Below the pieces are notes generated by a model. That model ran no database searches. It saw only the letters and a program-made list of their open reading frames with translations, and was not told the DNA's origin. Shown here piece after piece: positions 27,549-41,135 of a DNA stretch of 64,000 bases. A program made the translations under genes and the position numbers. Location of the stretch: positions 52,452,001 to 52,516,000 of the forward strand of contig NC_043009.1 of NCBI RefSeq assembly GCF_006345805.1, read 5' to 3'. The DNA comes from Octopus sinensis. Lineage: Eukaryota. Position 1 is the first letter of the stretch; every line of letters begins with the position of its first letter.

Positions 27549-27933
27549 GTGCCAGGCACAACTTGAATAGACGAATATCCAGCAAACTGACGATTTCCGT
27601 CTACATATCGTACATTTCTCTGTGTTAGTGTTTTAAGACACGCATTTATGCATCAATTTCTTTAAGCACGTGTCTAGTATCGGTTTTGTCTTTTTTTTTG
27701 TCTTTGGTTCTTTCTTTTTTTTGCTCAAATTGTAAGTGTCTCTGTATTTTAATTTATTCGTCTGGAGTATTTAAAAAGTTACGGAATGCTTAATCAAATA
27801 CAGCTTTGTGTGTATCGTTTCTCAAATATTTATTTTATATTCGATATAGTTTTATTGAACATGCGAGGGAATATTCTGCACTAGTTTGCTTTTGGTTTTA
27901 ATTACTTATGTTCAGTAATTAATATTTGTGTGT

Positions 27934-27983
<50 letters not shown>

Positions 27984-28252
27984 ATCTGTGTCTGTATTAA
28001 ACAAATTTTTGTATGAATTCTGAGACACGAATTGTATAAACTCTGAGCATAATAATTTAAAATGAATATTTCTTGGTATATGTATATACTTTATACTACG
28101 TATGTATGTATGTATGTATGTATGTATGTATGTATGTATGTATGTATGTATGTATGTATGTATATCTGTGTATGTATCTGTGTATGTATGTATCTGTGTA
28201 TGTATGTATGTATGTATGTACGTATGTATGTATGTAGGTGTATCTAACTAAC

Positions 28253-28601
28253 GACACTCCGGGTTGCGACGATGAGGGTTCCAGTTGATCCGATCAGCGG
28301 AACAGCTTGCTCGTGAAATTAACGTGCAAGTGGCTGAGCACTCCACAGATACGTGTACTTTTCGGGTAGTTCTCGGGGAGATTCAGCGTGACGCAGATAC
28401 AGCAGAAACAGGAAGAAAGATTGAGAGAAAGTTGTGGTGAGAGAGTACAGCAGGGTTCGCCACCACTCTCTGCCGAAGCCTCGTGGAGCTTTAGATGTTT
28501 TTGCTCAATAAACACTCACAACGCCTGGTCTGGGAAAAGAAACTGCGATCCAATGACCGCGAGTCCGCTTCCCTAACCACTGGGCCATTACACCTCCACT
28601 G
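28253..28601 (-). mobile_element. SINE family C head joined to tail type 3
   Basis: Head as at 9046-9357; 3' part as at 22255-22415. Confidence 0.8.
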
Positions 28602-28789
28602 TAGGTGTTTCATATGCCAGTATGTGACGTAGTTATTGGCATATACTTTTATCAATACATATTGAAGTATAAGAAGTAGAATATAGCTCTCTACGTTGGA
28701 AATTATTTTACGTTCCATTGAACTGAATCCACAAAAAACCACGTACTTGCAGGTATACATATATATTACCGATACACATACACACAGGA

Positions 28790-28899
28790 TTTATTCCTTG
28801 TAAGCCAAATACTTATTCTGTCGGTCACTTTTGCCGAACAGCTAAGTTGCGGGGAAGTAAGCACATCAACATCGTGAAGAGACAAACACAGACATATAG

Positions 28900-28962
<63 letters not shown>

Positions 28963-29031
28963 CGACGGACTTCTTTTAGTTCTTGTCTACCAAATTCTCT
29001 CGCATGGCTTTGGTTGGCCGAGGCTATAGCA
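28790..29031 (-). mobile_element. SINE family B, partial
   Basis: tttgccgaacagctaagttgcgggg...tacgacggacttctttt...gccgaggctatag. Confidence 0.75.
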
Positions 29032-29152
29032 TGACGGGTTATTTCTTTGTTTCCTTTGTATCGTCTAACTGGATGTTTTGTTGTCCCTTTTTGTATCACC
29101 AAGTTGTCCAGATGTTTTGCGTTCTTGTCCCATTTTGTATTATATATATATA

Positions 29153-29642
29153 CTAGCAGTATCGCCCGGCGTTGCTCGGGTTTGTAAGGGAAATAACTAT
29201 ATAAGCATTTTTAGAGAGTTACTTCCCTTATAAATTCGGGCTTTCTTAGCCATTTTTGTTTTGGTGTCTTCAAGCCATGAAGTCGTTGTTCTAAAAGAAC
29301 GCTGGTTTCCTTCACAACGCATTACGACGTTGATTTCTTTACACTCCCTTCCCCACAGCTTCACGAGGAAGGGAAGGGGGAGAAGCAAACAGGTGCAGCT
29401 GTGAGCGTGGACGCAAACTCCGCCGCCATCGACATACGATGCATTTTATGCATTAAAATGGAATAAAAAATGATGTTAAATTATTTTTAAAATCGTAGAC
29501 TCATCGTTGACGCGCGCTAATAGTCAGACGGGCTCGATATGAATCACGACTATAAGATACCCGAATTTGGTTAAACTGCACCGCAAAATGTGGGAGGAGT
29601 TAGGAATCTAAATCGAAGAGGACAGACACTCACACAACTAGA

Positions 29643-29682
<40 letters not shown>
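29153..29682 (-). mobile_element. non-autonomous Helitron
   Basis: Minus strand: TC(TA)nAAA start; CCCGAGCAACGCCGGG hairpin then CTAG|T end. Confidence 0.75.
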
Positions 29683-29683
<1 letters not shown>

Positions 29684-29719
29684 CGATGTACGTACACCTT
29701 GTTCTCACTTAGATATATA

Positions 29720-30016
29720 CTAGCAGTATCGCCCGGCGTTGCTCGGGTTTGTAAGGGAAATAACTATACAAGCATTTTTAGAAAGTTACTTCCTTTATAT
29801 AATAGTAAAAAAAATGCATTAAAATGGGAAAAAATGATGGTAAATTTTTTTTTAAATCGTAGACTCATTGTAGATGCGCGCTAATACCCAGAAGGGCTCG
29901 ATATGAATCACGACTATAAGATACTCGCTTTTGGTTACACTGCACCGCAAAATGTGGGAGTAGTTAGGAATCTAAATCGTAGGAGACAGACACACAATTT
30001 CACTTTTATATATAAG

Positions 30017-30017
<1 letters not shown>
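29720..30017 (-). mobile_element. non-autonomous Helitron, shorter relative of the adjacent copy
   Basis: Same termini, A|TC...CTAG|T; lacks about 230 bp of internal sequence. Confidence 0.75.
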
Positions 30018-30062
<45 letters not shown>

Positions 30063-30443
30063 CCTGTAACACGATTATAAGTGGATAAAACAGTGTATTT
30101 GGCTTTAGAATAACCCTCTTTAGCCCTTAATTTATTGATATATATATATATATATAACATGCATATATCTATATTTGTACCTCTATCTTTATGTGTGTAT
30201 ATGTATACACAATATAATTACGCGCACAAACACAGATACGGATAAATACATACATATATATATATATATATATATTATAATATATATAATATATATATAT
30301 ATATATATACCACCATGTTTGATAAGAATATCAGTAATATTAAAAATATATGCCACTCAGCACAGAGAAGCAGAGTAATGCATTTTTCTAAAGCTTAAAA
30401 GATATTTAAGCTCAAATGCAAATGAGGTTATAAATAAATAATC

Positions 30444-30550
30444 GCTCATAAAATATCGGTTAAATATACTCCAAACGGTACATTTACTCGCAATATTATC
30501 AGAGAAATACGCTCCTTAGACAGGGTATATTTACTCGATATTTTATGAGC
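30444..30550. repeat. short inverted repeat (about 26-bp arms)
   Basis: gctcataaaatatcg / cgatattttatgagc perfect 15 bp plus taaatatac / gtatattta. Confidence 0.7.
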
Positions 30551-30886
30551 TATATTTTGTTTGTTTTTTTATCTTCATAACAAATTAAACTCATTTTAAC
30601 ATTTCTCAACGCTTTGAAATATAGCAATGAGGAAATTTATTCATAACTAACATGTACAAACGAATGGTTTAATAAGTATGCAATAACTTGGCAGGGTCAT
30701 AGGACTGTGATGGTCATAAGACATTGATGTCTACATCAGAAACATGAGTTATTTCCTTTAGGTGATTCTGGTCAATTGTTTTCAAAGAAAGGACATTTAC
30801 CCAATATTTTAATAGGCTTCATCTTAATCCTTTTTAACTTCATTTCCATTTGAATGCAGACAATGACGTATATTTATTCTCAATAG

Positions 30887-30996
30887 GTTCTGGCAGATTT
30901 GAACATGAATATCGGATTGCTGTTGGTTACGTCATCGAAAAACATTTAGATCCGTATCTGCCAGAACGTGCTGAGGGCACAACCTACTCAATGAAG
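30887..30996 (+). CDS. candidate internal coding exon (110 nt, phase 1-0, GC donor)
   Basis: tatttattctcaatAG acceptor; single open frame SGRFEHEYRIAVGYVIEKHLDPYLPERAEGTTYSMK; donor AAG|GCACGG is non-canonical. Confidence 0.4.
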
Positions 30997-30999
30997 GCA

Positions 31000-31069
<70 letters not shown>

Positions 31070-31147
31070 TCTCCCCCTCTCTATCTCTCCATCTTTCTCT
31101 CTCTCTCTTTGGCCGAAAGAACTTTGAAAAACGTGTAAACCATCTCA

Positions 31148-31880
31148 AGTGACCGCGTGTGTACTGTTGGCGATTTGTTTTCCATGTGATACCCTTATAT
31201 GACTTTTAAGCCTGGCCAAGCTTTTACGCATTTTATTACATACTAGACAATTGTGATGGCTGGTAGGAGAAACAGGTGCCACCATATGCACTCTCTTAAC
31301 AGGTTTTTTGAGACCTCCAACTGAGAGGCACACCCTTCCTCACTTTACACACGTTCTGTTAAGAACTTTAATAGCAACATCATTGTTTATCATGGGTCAA
31401 TTTCTATGAGAATCTTGATGGCTCACCAGGCCTGCACAACTCAAACACCTCCTCCTACAAACCACACACATAAAAAGCAGCACTCTCTCACTTTCCCTAA
31501 GTTCCCCTCTTCTAAGCCCCTCCTATTTCTCTCATACTTCACTCTCTCCCTTTTAAACCTTGATCAACCATCGTGCACTCTTCCTCCAGTCTTTATTGTC
31601 TTGTACCTCGCTATCGCAATTACCAGCTGCAATTCCTGTCTGTATTAGAGCATTTTAAGGCAATCCTTAAACCTTTATTTAGGCTTATGCGCTAGTCTCC
31701 TGCCATCTTCCTGATCACCATACAATAGCTGCTTGGACAGTCGCTCATCACTCATCCTTACCAAATACCCCCCCCCACCTCAAATGTTTTTACAAAATCA
31801 TTGACTCTATACTTCTACTGCCACTCCTCTGAAGCACCTCCACATTGCTAATGGCCATTTTCCAGTTTATCCCCGAACCT
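31148..31880 (-). mobile_element. RTE-clade LINE 3' fragment with C-terminal zinc-finger remnants
   Basis: GINWKMAISNVEVLQRSGSRSIESMI..LRWG..LVRMSDERLSKQLLYGD...RFKDCLK; later CLVCNK...LKSHIRVSH. Confidence 0.85.
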
Positions 31881-31920
31881 GGGTTCTCATTTCTAAGATA
31901 TTTTTCGAAGTTATTATTAA

Positions 31921-31995
<75 letters not shown>

Positions 31996-32134
31996 TGTGT
32001 CAACATCAAAGATGAGAACAAATATCCGTCAAATGTAAATAATGTAAATGATGTACATAATTTCTCATCTCTCAAATATAGAACTGTACAGATATATGGA
32101 TATATATTTATTTATGTATATTATATATAATATA

Positions 32135-32173
<39 letters not shown>

Positions 32174-32184
32174 TATATTTATAC

Positions 32185-32221
<37 letters not shown>

Positions 32222-32279
32222 ATATATATATATCTAATATATATATACATATATAATATATCATATACACATATATATA

Positions 32280-32315
<36 letters not shown>

Positions 32316-32428
32316 ATATGTGTGTATGTATATGTGTGTATGTATATGTGTGTATATATATATATATAATATGTATATATTATATATATATATATATTCT
32401 AATATATGTGTGTGTGTGTATGTATGTA

Positions 32429-32459
<31 letters not shown>

Positions 32460-32970
32460 TATATATATGAACGTGTGTATGTTTGTATTTATGTACGCAT
32501 ATATGTACATGGGGTAGGTATGTATGTGCGTCTGTATGTGTGTGGGAGCATGTAAGAGTATTTCTATCATCTCACTCTCACACAAAGAGGTTTTTCCCTC
32601 TGTTTCATTTCATATTTTGCTTGTGTCCGTTTGTTCTATAAACAGAATTATTCCCTTAAATAGGTATTTATATGGTACGGTACGTATATACTTCTTAAAT
32701 ACAAACGCAGGCGTCATCGGCTATTAACAGATTTCTCGATGTAGATTCTCGAATTTCCATCTCCACACATCTATACAATTCTCTTTCATTTCTTATCTAT
32801 TCCTTAATATTTATATTAACCTTGTCTTATTTCACTCAGTCTCTCACTCTTTCGCCATCCTTCACAAACCCTCTTTTTCTTCACAACTTTGCAACTGTAT
32901 ATATGTGTGTGTGTGTGTGTGTAGATATAGATAGATAGACAAATAGATAGATTGTTTGTTTAATAGATAA

Positions 32971-33003
<33 letters not shown>

Positions 33004-33034
33004 CAGGCAGATAGATAGATAGATAGATAGATAA

Positions 33035-33162
33035 GTTTCTTTATTGGCCACACAGGGCTGCACACAGATGGGACAAGTTACAAGGTAGAGCTTTTCTTTT
33101 GGGGGATGAAGAGAACAAAAAACAAAAGAAAAAAAAAGGGGGTGGCGTAGGTTTTCGATCAA
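33035..33162 (-). mobile_element. retroelement 3' end inserted in (GATA)n
   Basis: Minus strand ends ...gtcccatctgtgtgcagccctgtgtggccAATAAAgaaac-(TATC)n; homolog at 51250-51390. Confidence 0.7.
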
Positions 33163-33163
33163 G

Positions 33164-33217
<54 letters not shown>

Positions 33218-33218
33218 T

Positions 33219-33264
<46 letters not shown>

Positions 33265-34036
33265 TTTGTGTATTTGGGCACATAAATAGAAAAACTGATA
33301 TGTAGATATGAATAGGGTATATTTCTAATTCTACGTATATCCTTATATACTCATGATATACCTGTATATATATAATACACTAATAGACACACAAACTCAC
33401 AAATATATATGTATATATACATATATGCATGCATATATATAGGATATACAAAGATAGATATATATACTATATGTATGCGTTGTGTAAATATATATATATA
33501 TAATATATATATATATACATATATATACATATATATACATATAATATATAATATATATATATACATATATATACATATATATACATATATATATACATAC
33601 ATAGTTGCACACGATAAAATAGAAAGTAAACAAGGAGTGACCAGAGATAATGTTGCTACAGCTTAAACTTGTTTACATTGCATTAGATTTGTGAAACTCA
33701 TTAGCGCCATACAAATCGATGTATAATTAAAAAGCAATGAGCTGAAAAATACAAAAATCTATAATGACAAACAAGAAATATTACAAAATACAATTTTCTT
33801 GTGGTAATTGGTTTCATTCCTCGCTTGTAGATCGAATTTAGAATCGAATCAAACATCATTTCAGAAAGATTTATAAATCAATCAAGATGTTTAAAAGAAT
33901 TTTTATTTCAGTCAAATGAAATATGTTCGCAATAAAATTGAAATTGTCCGTTTTATTTATATATATATTACATATGTATATATATGTAATATATATATAT
34001 ATATATATATATTCTATATATATATAGATATATATA

Positions 34037-34085
<49 letters not shown>

Positions 34086-34295
34086 CATGTATATATATAT
34101 ATATATAATATATAACTATATGCATAATATTATATGTACAGAGCAAAACTTAAAAGTACATATCCAGATGTGATATAATTAATATATGCATGCATATGTA
34201 TATATATATATATAGGGCGAGAGAGAAAGATAGACAAATAGATAGATAGAGAGAGAGATAGAGAGACAGACAGACAAATAGATAGACAGAGAGAC

Positions 34296-34401
<106 letters not shown>

Positions 34402-34406
34402 GTAGG

Positions 34407-34482
<76 letters not shown>

Positions 34483-34718
34483 AATTTATGAATATTTATA
34501 TATACCTATGTATAATGAATACGTATGTATAATGATTTAGGTTTCCTTGTTACACTTTCGGTAACGGTATTGGACGGCGATTACCATAAATATATTAAGT
34601 ATACATACATGAATGTGTGTATATATATATACAAACAGAAGAAACATGTATTCACAGACATCAATACCTTCACGCACACAAACGCACACTTACACGCATT
34701 TGCATGCATGCATGTGTA

Positions 34719-34772
<54 letters not shown>

Positions 34773-34849
34773 GAATTGTAATAAAGCACAGTTTTTGTGT
34801 GTATATTTATGAAATTATACATCACGCTTTCAGTCATGTAACATTGGTG

Positions 34850-34882
<33 letters not shown>

Positions 34883-35310
34883 GCGTTTCCTTTAGCAAAA
34901 TTGAAAGTAAATGTTTGATAAATTTATCTCTCTATATATATATTTTCCATCTGTCGATTTAGATACACCCGCGCACTCAAACATATATATATACATATGA
35001 ATGAATTTTTTAGATGCACATATGCACATGCACAAACACACACTCGCACAAACACCCATGCATGCACACACGCACACACACACATACACACACACATCCA
35101 CCACCCCCACACACACAGCCTCCCTCCACACACAGACTCACACACACACACACACACACATACACTCACGCACACATGTTCGTATGTCGGTGTTATGAAG
35201 ATATGTAGAAGCTTTTTTCTAGAAGTGCCAATTGGCGTCCCCAATGAACAGTTAATAAGGAAATTTGTCGTGTAAAACAGTATACACACAAATATATGTA
35301 CACATATGCA

Positions 35311-35348
<38 letters not shown>

Positions 35349-35770
35349 GTGTATGCGTTTGCCTGTATGCATGTATGTACGTACATTTCGAATAATACGG
35401 AAATTGAGCAAAAAAATCTAACTGCAAATAGAAAAAAGAAACGTACATAATACGTAATAATGTAAATAACAAAATATAAATAATAGCTATATAAATAATA
35501 TCATTGAAAACAAATCATTATATATTCATTTATCAACAGACTGATACTGTGATATGTCGACGAAATATGACAATTATTATTGAAATTAGTTTCAAATTGC
35601 TATACAAAATAAAATTAGCAAAATCTTCTGTATAGTCAAGAAAAATACTCGCACAAACACGCATATACACGTACACATATAAATACATATACATAGGGAC
35701 AACTTTTTGCATATATGGATATAAACATTTCTATTTCATCTGCTTCTTTATATAATGTTTACGTTCTATA

Positions 35771-36520
35771 GAGCGGTGAGCTGGCAGAAACGTTAGCACG
35801 CCGGGTGAAATGCTAGCGGTTTTCGTCTGCCGCTACGTCTGAGTTCAAATTCCGCCGAGGTCACTTGCCTTTCATCCTTTCGGGGTCGATAAATTAATTA
35901 CCATTACGCACTGGGGTCGATGTAATCGACTTAATACCTATGTCTGTCCTTGTTTGTCCCCTCTGTGTTAGCCCCTTGTGGGTATAAAGAAATAGGTATT
36001 CGTCTGCCGCTACGTTCTGAGTTCAAATTCCTCGAGGTCGACTTTGCCTTTCATCCTTTTGGGTCGATTAAATAAGTACCAGTTACGCACTGCTGGTCGA
36101 TATAATCGACTTAATCCGTTTGTCTGTCCTGTTTGTCCCCTCTGCGTTTAGCCCCTTGTGGGTAGTAAAGAAATAGGTATTTCGTCTGCCGTTTACGTTC
36201 TGAGTTCAAATTCCGCCGAGGTCGACTTTGCGTTTCAACCTTTCGGGCTCGATAAATTAAGTACCATCCACGCAATGGGGTCGATATAATCGACTTAATC
36301 CGTTTGTCTGTCCTTTGTCTGTTCTTGTTTGTCCCCTCTATGTTTAGCCCCTTGTGAGCAATAAAGAAATAAGAAACGTTAGCACGTCTGTCTTACGTTC
36401 TGAGCTCAAATTCCGTCGAGGTCGACTTTGCCTTTCATCCTTTCGCGGTCAATAATTTAAGTAGCAGTAGCAGTTGCGTACTGAAGACGATCTAATCGAC
36501 GGTTCCCTTGCCCAAAATTT
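35771..36520 (+). mobile_element. SINE family A head-to-tail concatemer (4 units of about 180 bp)
   Basis: One complete head, then repeated ttcgtctgccgctacgttctgag...gccccttgtgggtagtaaagaaatagg units; the last unit has the short tail. Confidence 0.9.
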
Positions 36521-36937
36521 GGAGAGGATTGTCTCGTTACGCTTTCATAACACAACTTGACAAGCGTGTGCCTGATTCTATATATGCTGTAATTACAGCT
36601 GCGAACAATGAACGCTAAGATATGTATATATATAATATATAACTATGTGTATACATATATTACACACCCACAACACATCACACACACACACACACACACC
36701 ACATATATATATGATATTATATATATATATATATATATATTACCAGGTATGCGCGTGTATGCGTGCGCGCGTCTGTATGTTTATGTGCATGTATGATATA
36801 ACGTTAACAGTACAAAGATACAAGATACTAACAGCTTCTTGTTTTGGAAAGGCATGTGTCTTCACTCCTTCATAACACACCGTGTTTCACCGAGAGATTC
36901 CGTCCAAAACAATCTGCATGATAACACTTACAATACG

Positions 36938-37040
36938 CAGGCGTAGCCGCGTGTTAAGAAGCTTGCTTCTCAACTATATTGTTCCGACTTCAATCCCATT
37001 GCGCGGCACTTGCACAGGTGTTTTTTACCATAGCCTCGGG
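36938..37040 (+). mobile_element. SINE family B head fragment
   Basis: ggcgtagccgcgtgttaagaagcttgc...atagcctcggg. Confidence 0.6.
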
Positions 37041-37875
37041 TCCTCAGATTTTTAGTCTTGCCCCAATGCCTAATTTTTAAATAATGAATTTGCCTACCAT
37101 ATATAGATTTCTACTTTGCATAAAACTTTAGCTATATTAGTACTTCTGGCTCTCATTTTTTTACGCATTCTAGTGAGTCAATATTTTAAGAAAATGATGG
37201 TGCCTTTTTTTATTATATTACTTTGTAAATTAATAATTTTTTATTTTCAAATTATATCATTAGCTGCAATATTTTCAGTAAAGATTTTCTTGTTCCCTAC
37301 TTTACTAGATATAATAAGTTGTCCTGAACTTTTCCGAGTGTAATAACTTATCCTATAATTTTCCAGGTTTATAATCTAAAGAATATTGTTTCTCTTGCTC
37401 GCATTTTTCCAAGTAATCCATGTTTTTTCCAAGCTATACTATTATGCTGATTAATGTATCAAATGTGTCACTTAGCGGTGTCGTTCATAATTTTTTTATT
37501 ACCTCAATGACGCCAGTGACTTATTAAAAGTATCCTTATAGAACTACATTCATAAAAATGTATAGAACTATATTATCACCCTCAAATTTGAGAAATTTGA
37601 GAAACAAATACTTATAAGTTTTTCTTTTAAAATTTTATTGCATGAGATTGATACCATGAAATTCCTCGAATTGAGATCTATCATTCAAGCTTAATTAAAA
37701 TATAGTTTGTTTTTAAAATAAAAAAGTTAATTATACTTAAATCCAATTTTTTGCCTTACTTATATTCTTTTTTCTTCATATTTTACCTCACAAATTTTTT
37801 GACACAAATCTTTGTTGCATGGGACCGAAACTCTGAAATTCTTCATGCTTTTTTTTTTTCTATCATTGAAGATAA

Positions 37876-38335
37876 ATATATTCAGTTTTTAAAGGCGGCG
37901 AGCTGGCAGAAACGTAAGCACGCTGGGCGAAATGCTTAGCAGTATTTCGTTTGGCTTTACGTTCTGAGTTCAAATTACTTTACCCTTCATCGACTTTACC
38001 CTTCATCCTTACAGGGTCGATAAATTAAGTACCAGTTGCGTACTGGGGTCGATCTAATCGACTTTCCCCCTCCTCCAAAATTTCGGGTCTTGTGCCTAGA
38101 GTAGAAACGTATATTCTGCTTTTAAAGGCGGCGAGCTTGCAGAAACGTAAACACGCTGGGCGAAATGCTTAGCGTTCTGAGTTCAAATTCCGCCGAGGTC
38201 GAGTTTTTAACCTTCATCCTTACTGTGTCGATAAATTAAGTACCAGTGCGCACTGGGGTCTATCTAATCGACTGGAATCTTCCTCTAAAATTTCGGGTCT
38301 TGTGCCGAAAGTAGAAAAGTATATTCTGCTTTTAA
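37876..38335 (+). mobile_element. two tandem SINE A copies (local duplication)
   Basis: tatattc..ttttaaa bounds both units. Confidence 0.85.
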
Positions 38336-38451
38336 AATAAAATAAAAAAGTTATTTAGATTTAAACTTGATTGGTGGCGTTACTCTCATAACGTTACTAT
38401 AAATTTTGATGTAAACTTTTTTCTCCTGGATCCCAGTTTTTATGTCTAATT

Positions 38452-38605
38452 AGCGGAGTGGTAAGATGCTTACTTTCTAGCCACATGTTTCCGAGTTCAG
38501 TCCCACTGCATGGCATCTTGGGCGAGTATCTTCTACTAGAGTCTTCGGGCCGAACAAAGCTTTGTGAGTGGATTTGGCAGACAGAAACTGAAAGAAGTTC
38601 ATTGT
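38452..38605 (+). mobile_element. SINE family B 5' half
   Basis: gttcagtcccactgcatggcatcttgggcgagt...gaaactgaaagaag. Confidence 0.8.
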
Positions 38606-38611
38606 AAAGAT

Positions 38612-38643
<32 letters not shown>

Positions 38644-39544
38644 CATACACATACATATATATATACATGTATATATGTACATATATATAAACATATATAT
38701 ATATATACGTATATATTATATAATCATATATATATACACACACACCATATATATATATACATATATATACATATATATGTGTGTGGGGTGTGTGTGTGTT
38801 AATTCTCAAGAGGCATCGCTATAAGCATCTCATCGTTATATAATAGTTTATCTCATAGTTAAATTACACAAACTTATAACTTGCACAGTTACATGTCTAT
38901 CGGATTGCACGTACAAGCAACGAAACGTACGCAGGCATGTGAAACAAGCAGAACAAGCGAGACATGCCGAACGGGAGCGCGAAAGATGAAAAAGTGAGAG
39001 TGTGAGAAATTTGATATAGAATATACATTAGATCTTCAAGGAGGTCGTCACCATCTTGTTGTTGTAAATACTATCTCCCTTCTACGATATTTTTTTTGTT
39101 TTTCTCGCTACTGCTGCTGTTGTTATTATTATTAGGTTTTATTGTTTGTTTATTATATTTTTTTTACTATTTCTTAATATTGTGCATCTATTTCATGCTG
39201 TTTTCTTTTCCACATGCAGGCGCGTGTCTTGTTGCTTTTATGTGCAATCTGACACATTTGTAATTATACCAGTTATACATTTGTGTAATTTAGATATGAC
39301 ATAAACTATCATATACACGACGAGATGCATTCTGAGAGGTCCCTTGTGAATTAATTTATATAACCATATATTTGTGTGTGTGTGTGTCGTGTCTGTGCGT
39401 GCGTGTGTGTGTGTATTTGTATGTATATACATTTATGCATGTATGTAGAATATTGTATGTAAGTATGTATATATAAATATATTTCCAAACACAGATTACA
39501 CGCAAGTATTTTTTTAAGATACATTCGTTTATTATAGCTGATGT

Positions 39545-39575
39545 GGGTGATGGTGATGATGATGATAACGATGAC

Positions 39576-39626
<51 letters not shown>

Positions 39627-39637
39627 GGTGGTGGTGT

Positions 39638-39690
<53 letters not shown>

Positions 39691-39694
39691 GTGT

Positions 39695-39737
<43 letters not shown>

Positions 39738-39870
39738 GATGATGGTGTTGATGATGATGATGATGATGATGATCATGATGATGATCATGATGGTGACGTC
39801 AAGGACGACAACGACAGCAACAAAGAGGAGGATGGCAACAATGACGACGATAATGATGACGATAACGATT
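39545..39870. repeat. (GAT)n/(GGT)n microsatellite
   Basis: Directly visible. Confidence 0.95.
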
Positions 39871-40610
39871 ATGGTCGCGTTAGCAATGGTGTCGCTGCCC
39901 TCCAACGACGTTTAGTGAAGATAATAATGACAATAGTTGAAGTATGTGCGACTGTTTGTTTTATACTAATAACAGTGATTAAATGGGTTTTTTTCAATCA
40001 CATTGCAAATATAATTAAATATGAAATTTAAAATTCAATTTATTTTTTACGCAAAATTATCCAAGATTATAATTTTCTAAAATCAAATTTTATCTCAAAC
40101 CTCTCGAGGTGGTGTTTTCAATTTTAATAACAGCAATTAAAGCATTCCAAAAAGTATATATTAACGGTTTTTTTGTAATGGGCGGAGTGATTTAATTAAT
40201 GAGAAATCTTTTTAAATAGGCACAGATATGGCTGTGTGCTTAGGACGCTTACTTTGTACCCACGTATTTCTGGGTTCGATCCAATTGCACGGTAACTTAG
40301 GCACATTTACACACACGTGCACTCATACACACACACACATACACACACATACACACATACGCGCATGCAGTAACACCTCGTCTATCGCCTCTCACCACCG
40401 AATCGAACGCAGACCTGTTCGTAGATAAACACAAACTCACTCGCACATAGATACAACAACATACACACACTGTCTGAGCATCTTTACACTCTCTTGTCCT
40501 CCAGAATAATCACTATCTCTTTCCACTTCCGGTCACTTCAGCCATGTAACCACACTTGTAGAGGTTATACTTCTTTAGAACTTTTTTCTCCTCTGGACTT
40601 TTCCTTCCTC

Positions 40611-40650
40611 CCCCTTCTGATGAAGAGCTATGCTCGAAACGTTGAAACCC
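40611..40650 (+). ncRNA. hammerhead core with little stem I
   Basis: CUGAUGA-A GAGC uau GCUC-GAAAC GUU; only about 2 bp of stem I. Confidence 0.4.
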
Positions 40651-40776
40651 CACTCTTTTTCCCGCCTTACTGAACCTCAAGCTAATACATTCCCTATGTA
40701 CGTCTTCTTGTTGCTTTCTTATTGTTATTTTTAACATTTGGTTGTTAATGTTCAACTTATAATGTTTGATTTCTTT

Positions 40777-40779
<3 letters not shown>

Positions 40780-40808
<29 letters not shown>

Positions 40809-41135
40809 CATACATACATACATACATACATACATACAAACATATATACATACATACATACATTCATACATACATACATACATTCATACATACATACATA
40901 CAGACATACATACATACATATATACATACATACATACATACATTCATATATGCATACATATATACATACATACATACATACATTCATACATACATACATA
41001 CATACATACATTCATACATACATACATACAGACATATATACATACATACATACATTCATATATACATGCATCCATCCATCCATACATACATACACAGATA
41101 CATACATACATACATTCATATATACATACATACAC
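40780..41135. repeat. (CATA)n microsatellite
   Basis: Directly visible. Confidence 0.95.

Larger units (their letters stand above)
25836..27576 (-). mobile_element. Penelope-like element: 3' part on minus (25836-26939) plus inverted upstream segment on plus (about 26940-27576, SINE-interrupted)
   Basis: Minus: LRVSFTCTPNIKKIV...CSCN...GVTYEAEV...RIYVGSTGAPFKQRLNKH...VWHLK...IKW...CKPCLTK...LNSRKE. Plus: FLRLVDKHFTQSH. Confidence 0.8.

Noticed and set aside
32005-32095. Possible Tc1/mariner TIR remnant
   Set aside because: No partner TIR or coding remnant in the window
35771-36520. CRISPR-like regular repeats
   Set aside because: Units are whole SINE bodies without unique spacers; eukaryotic context and no cas genes
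38923-38969. Cluster of p53-like half sites in a CpG-richer patch
   Set aside because: Half sites are imperfect and mis-spaced; chance cannot be excluded
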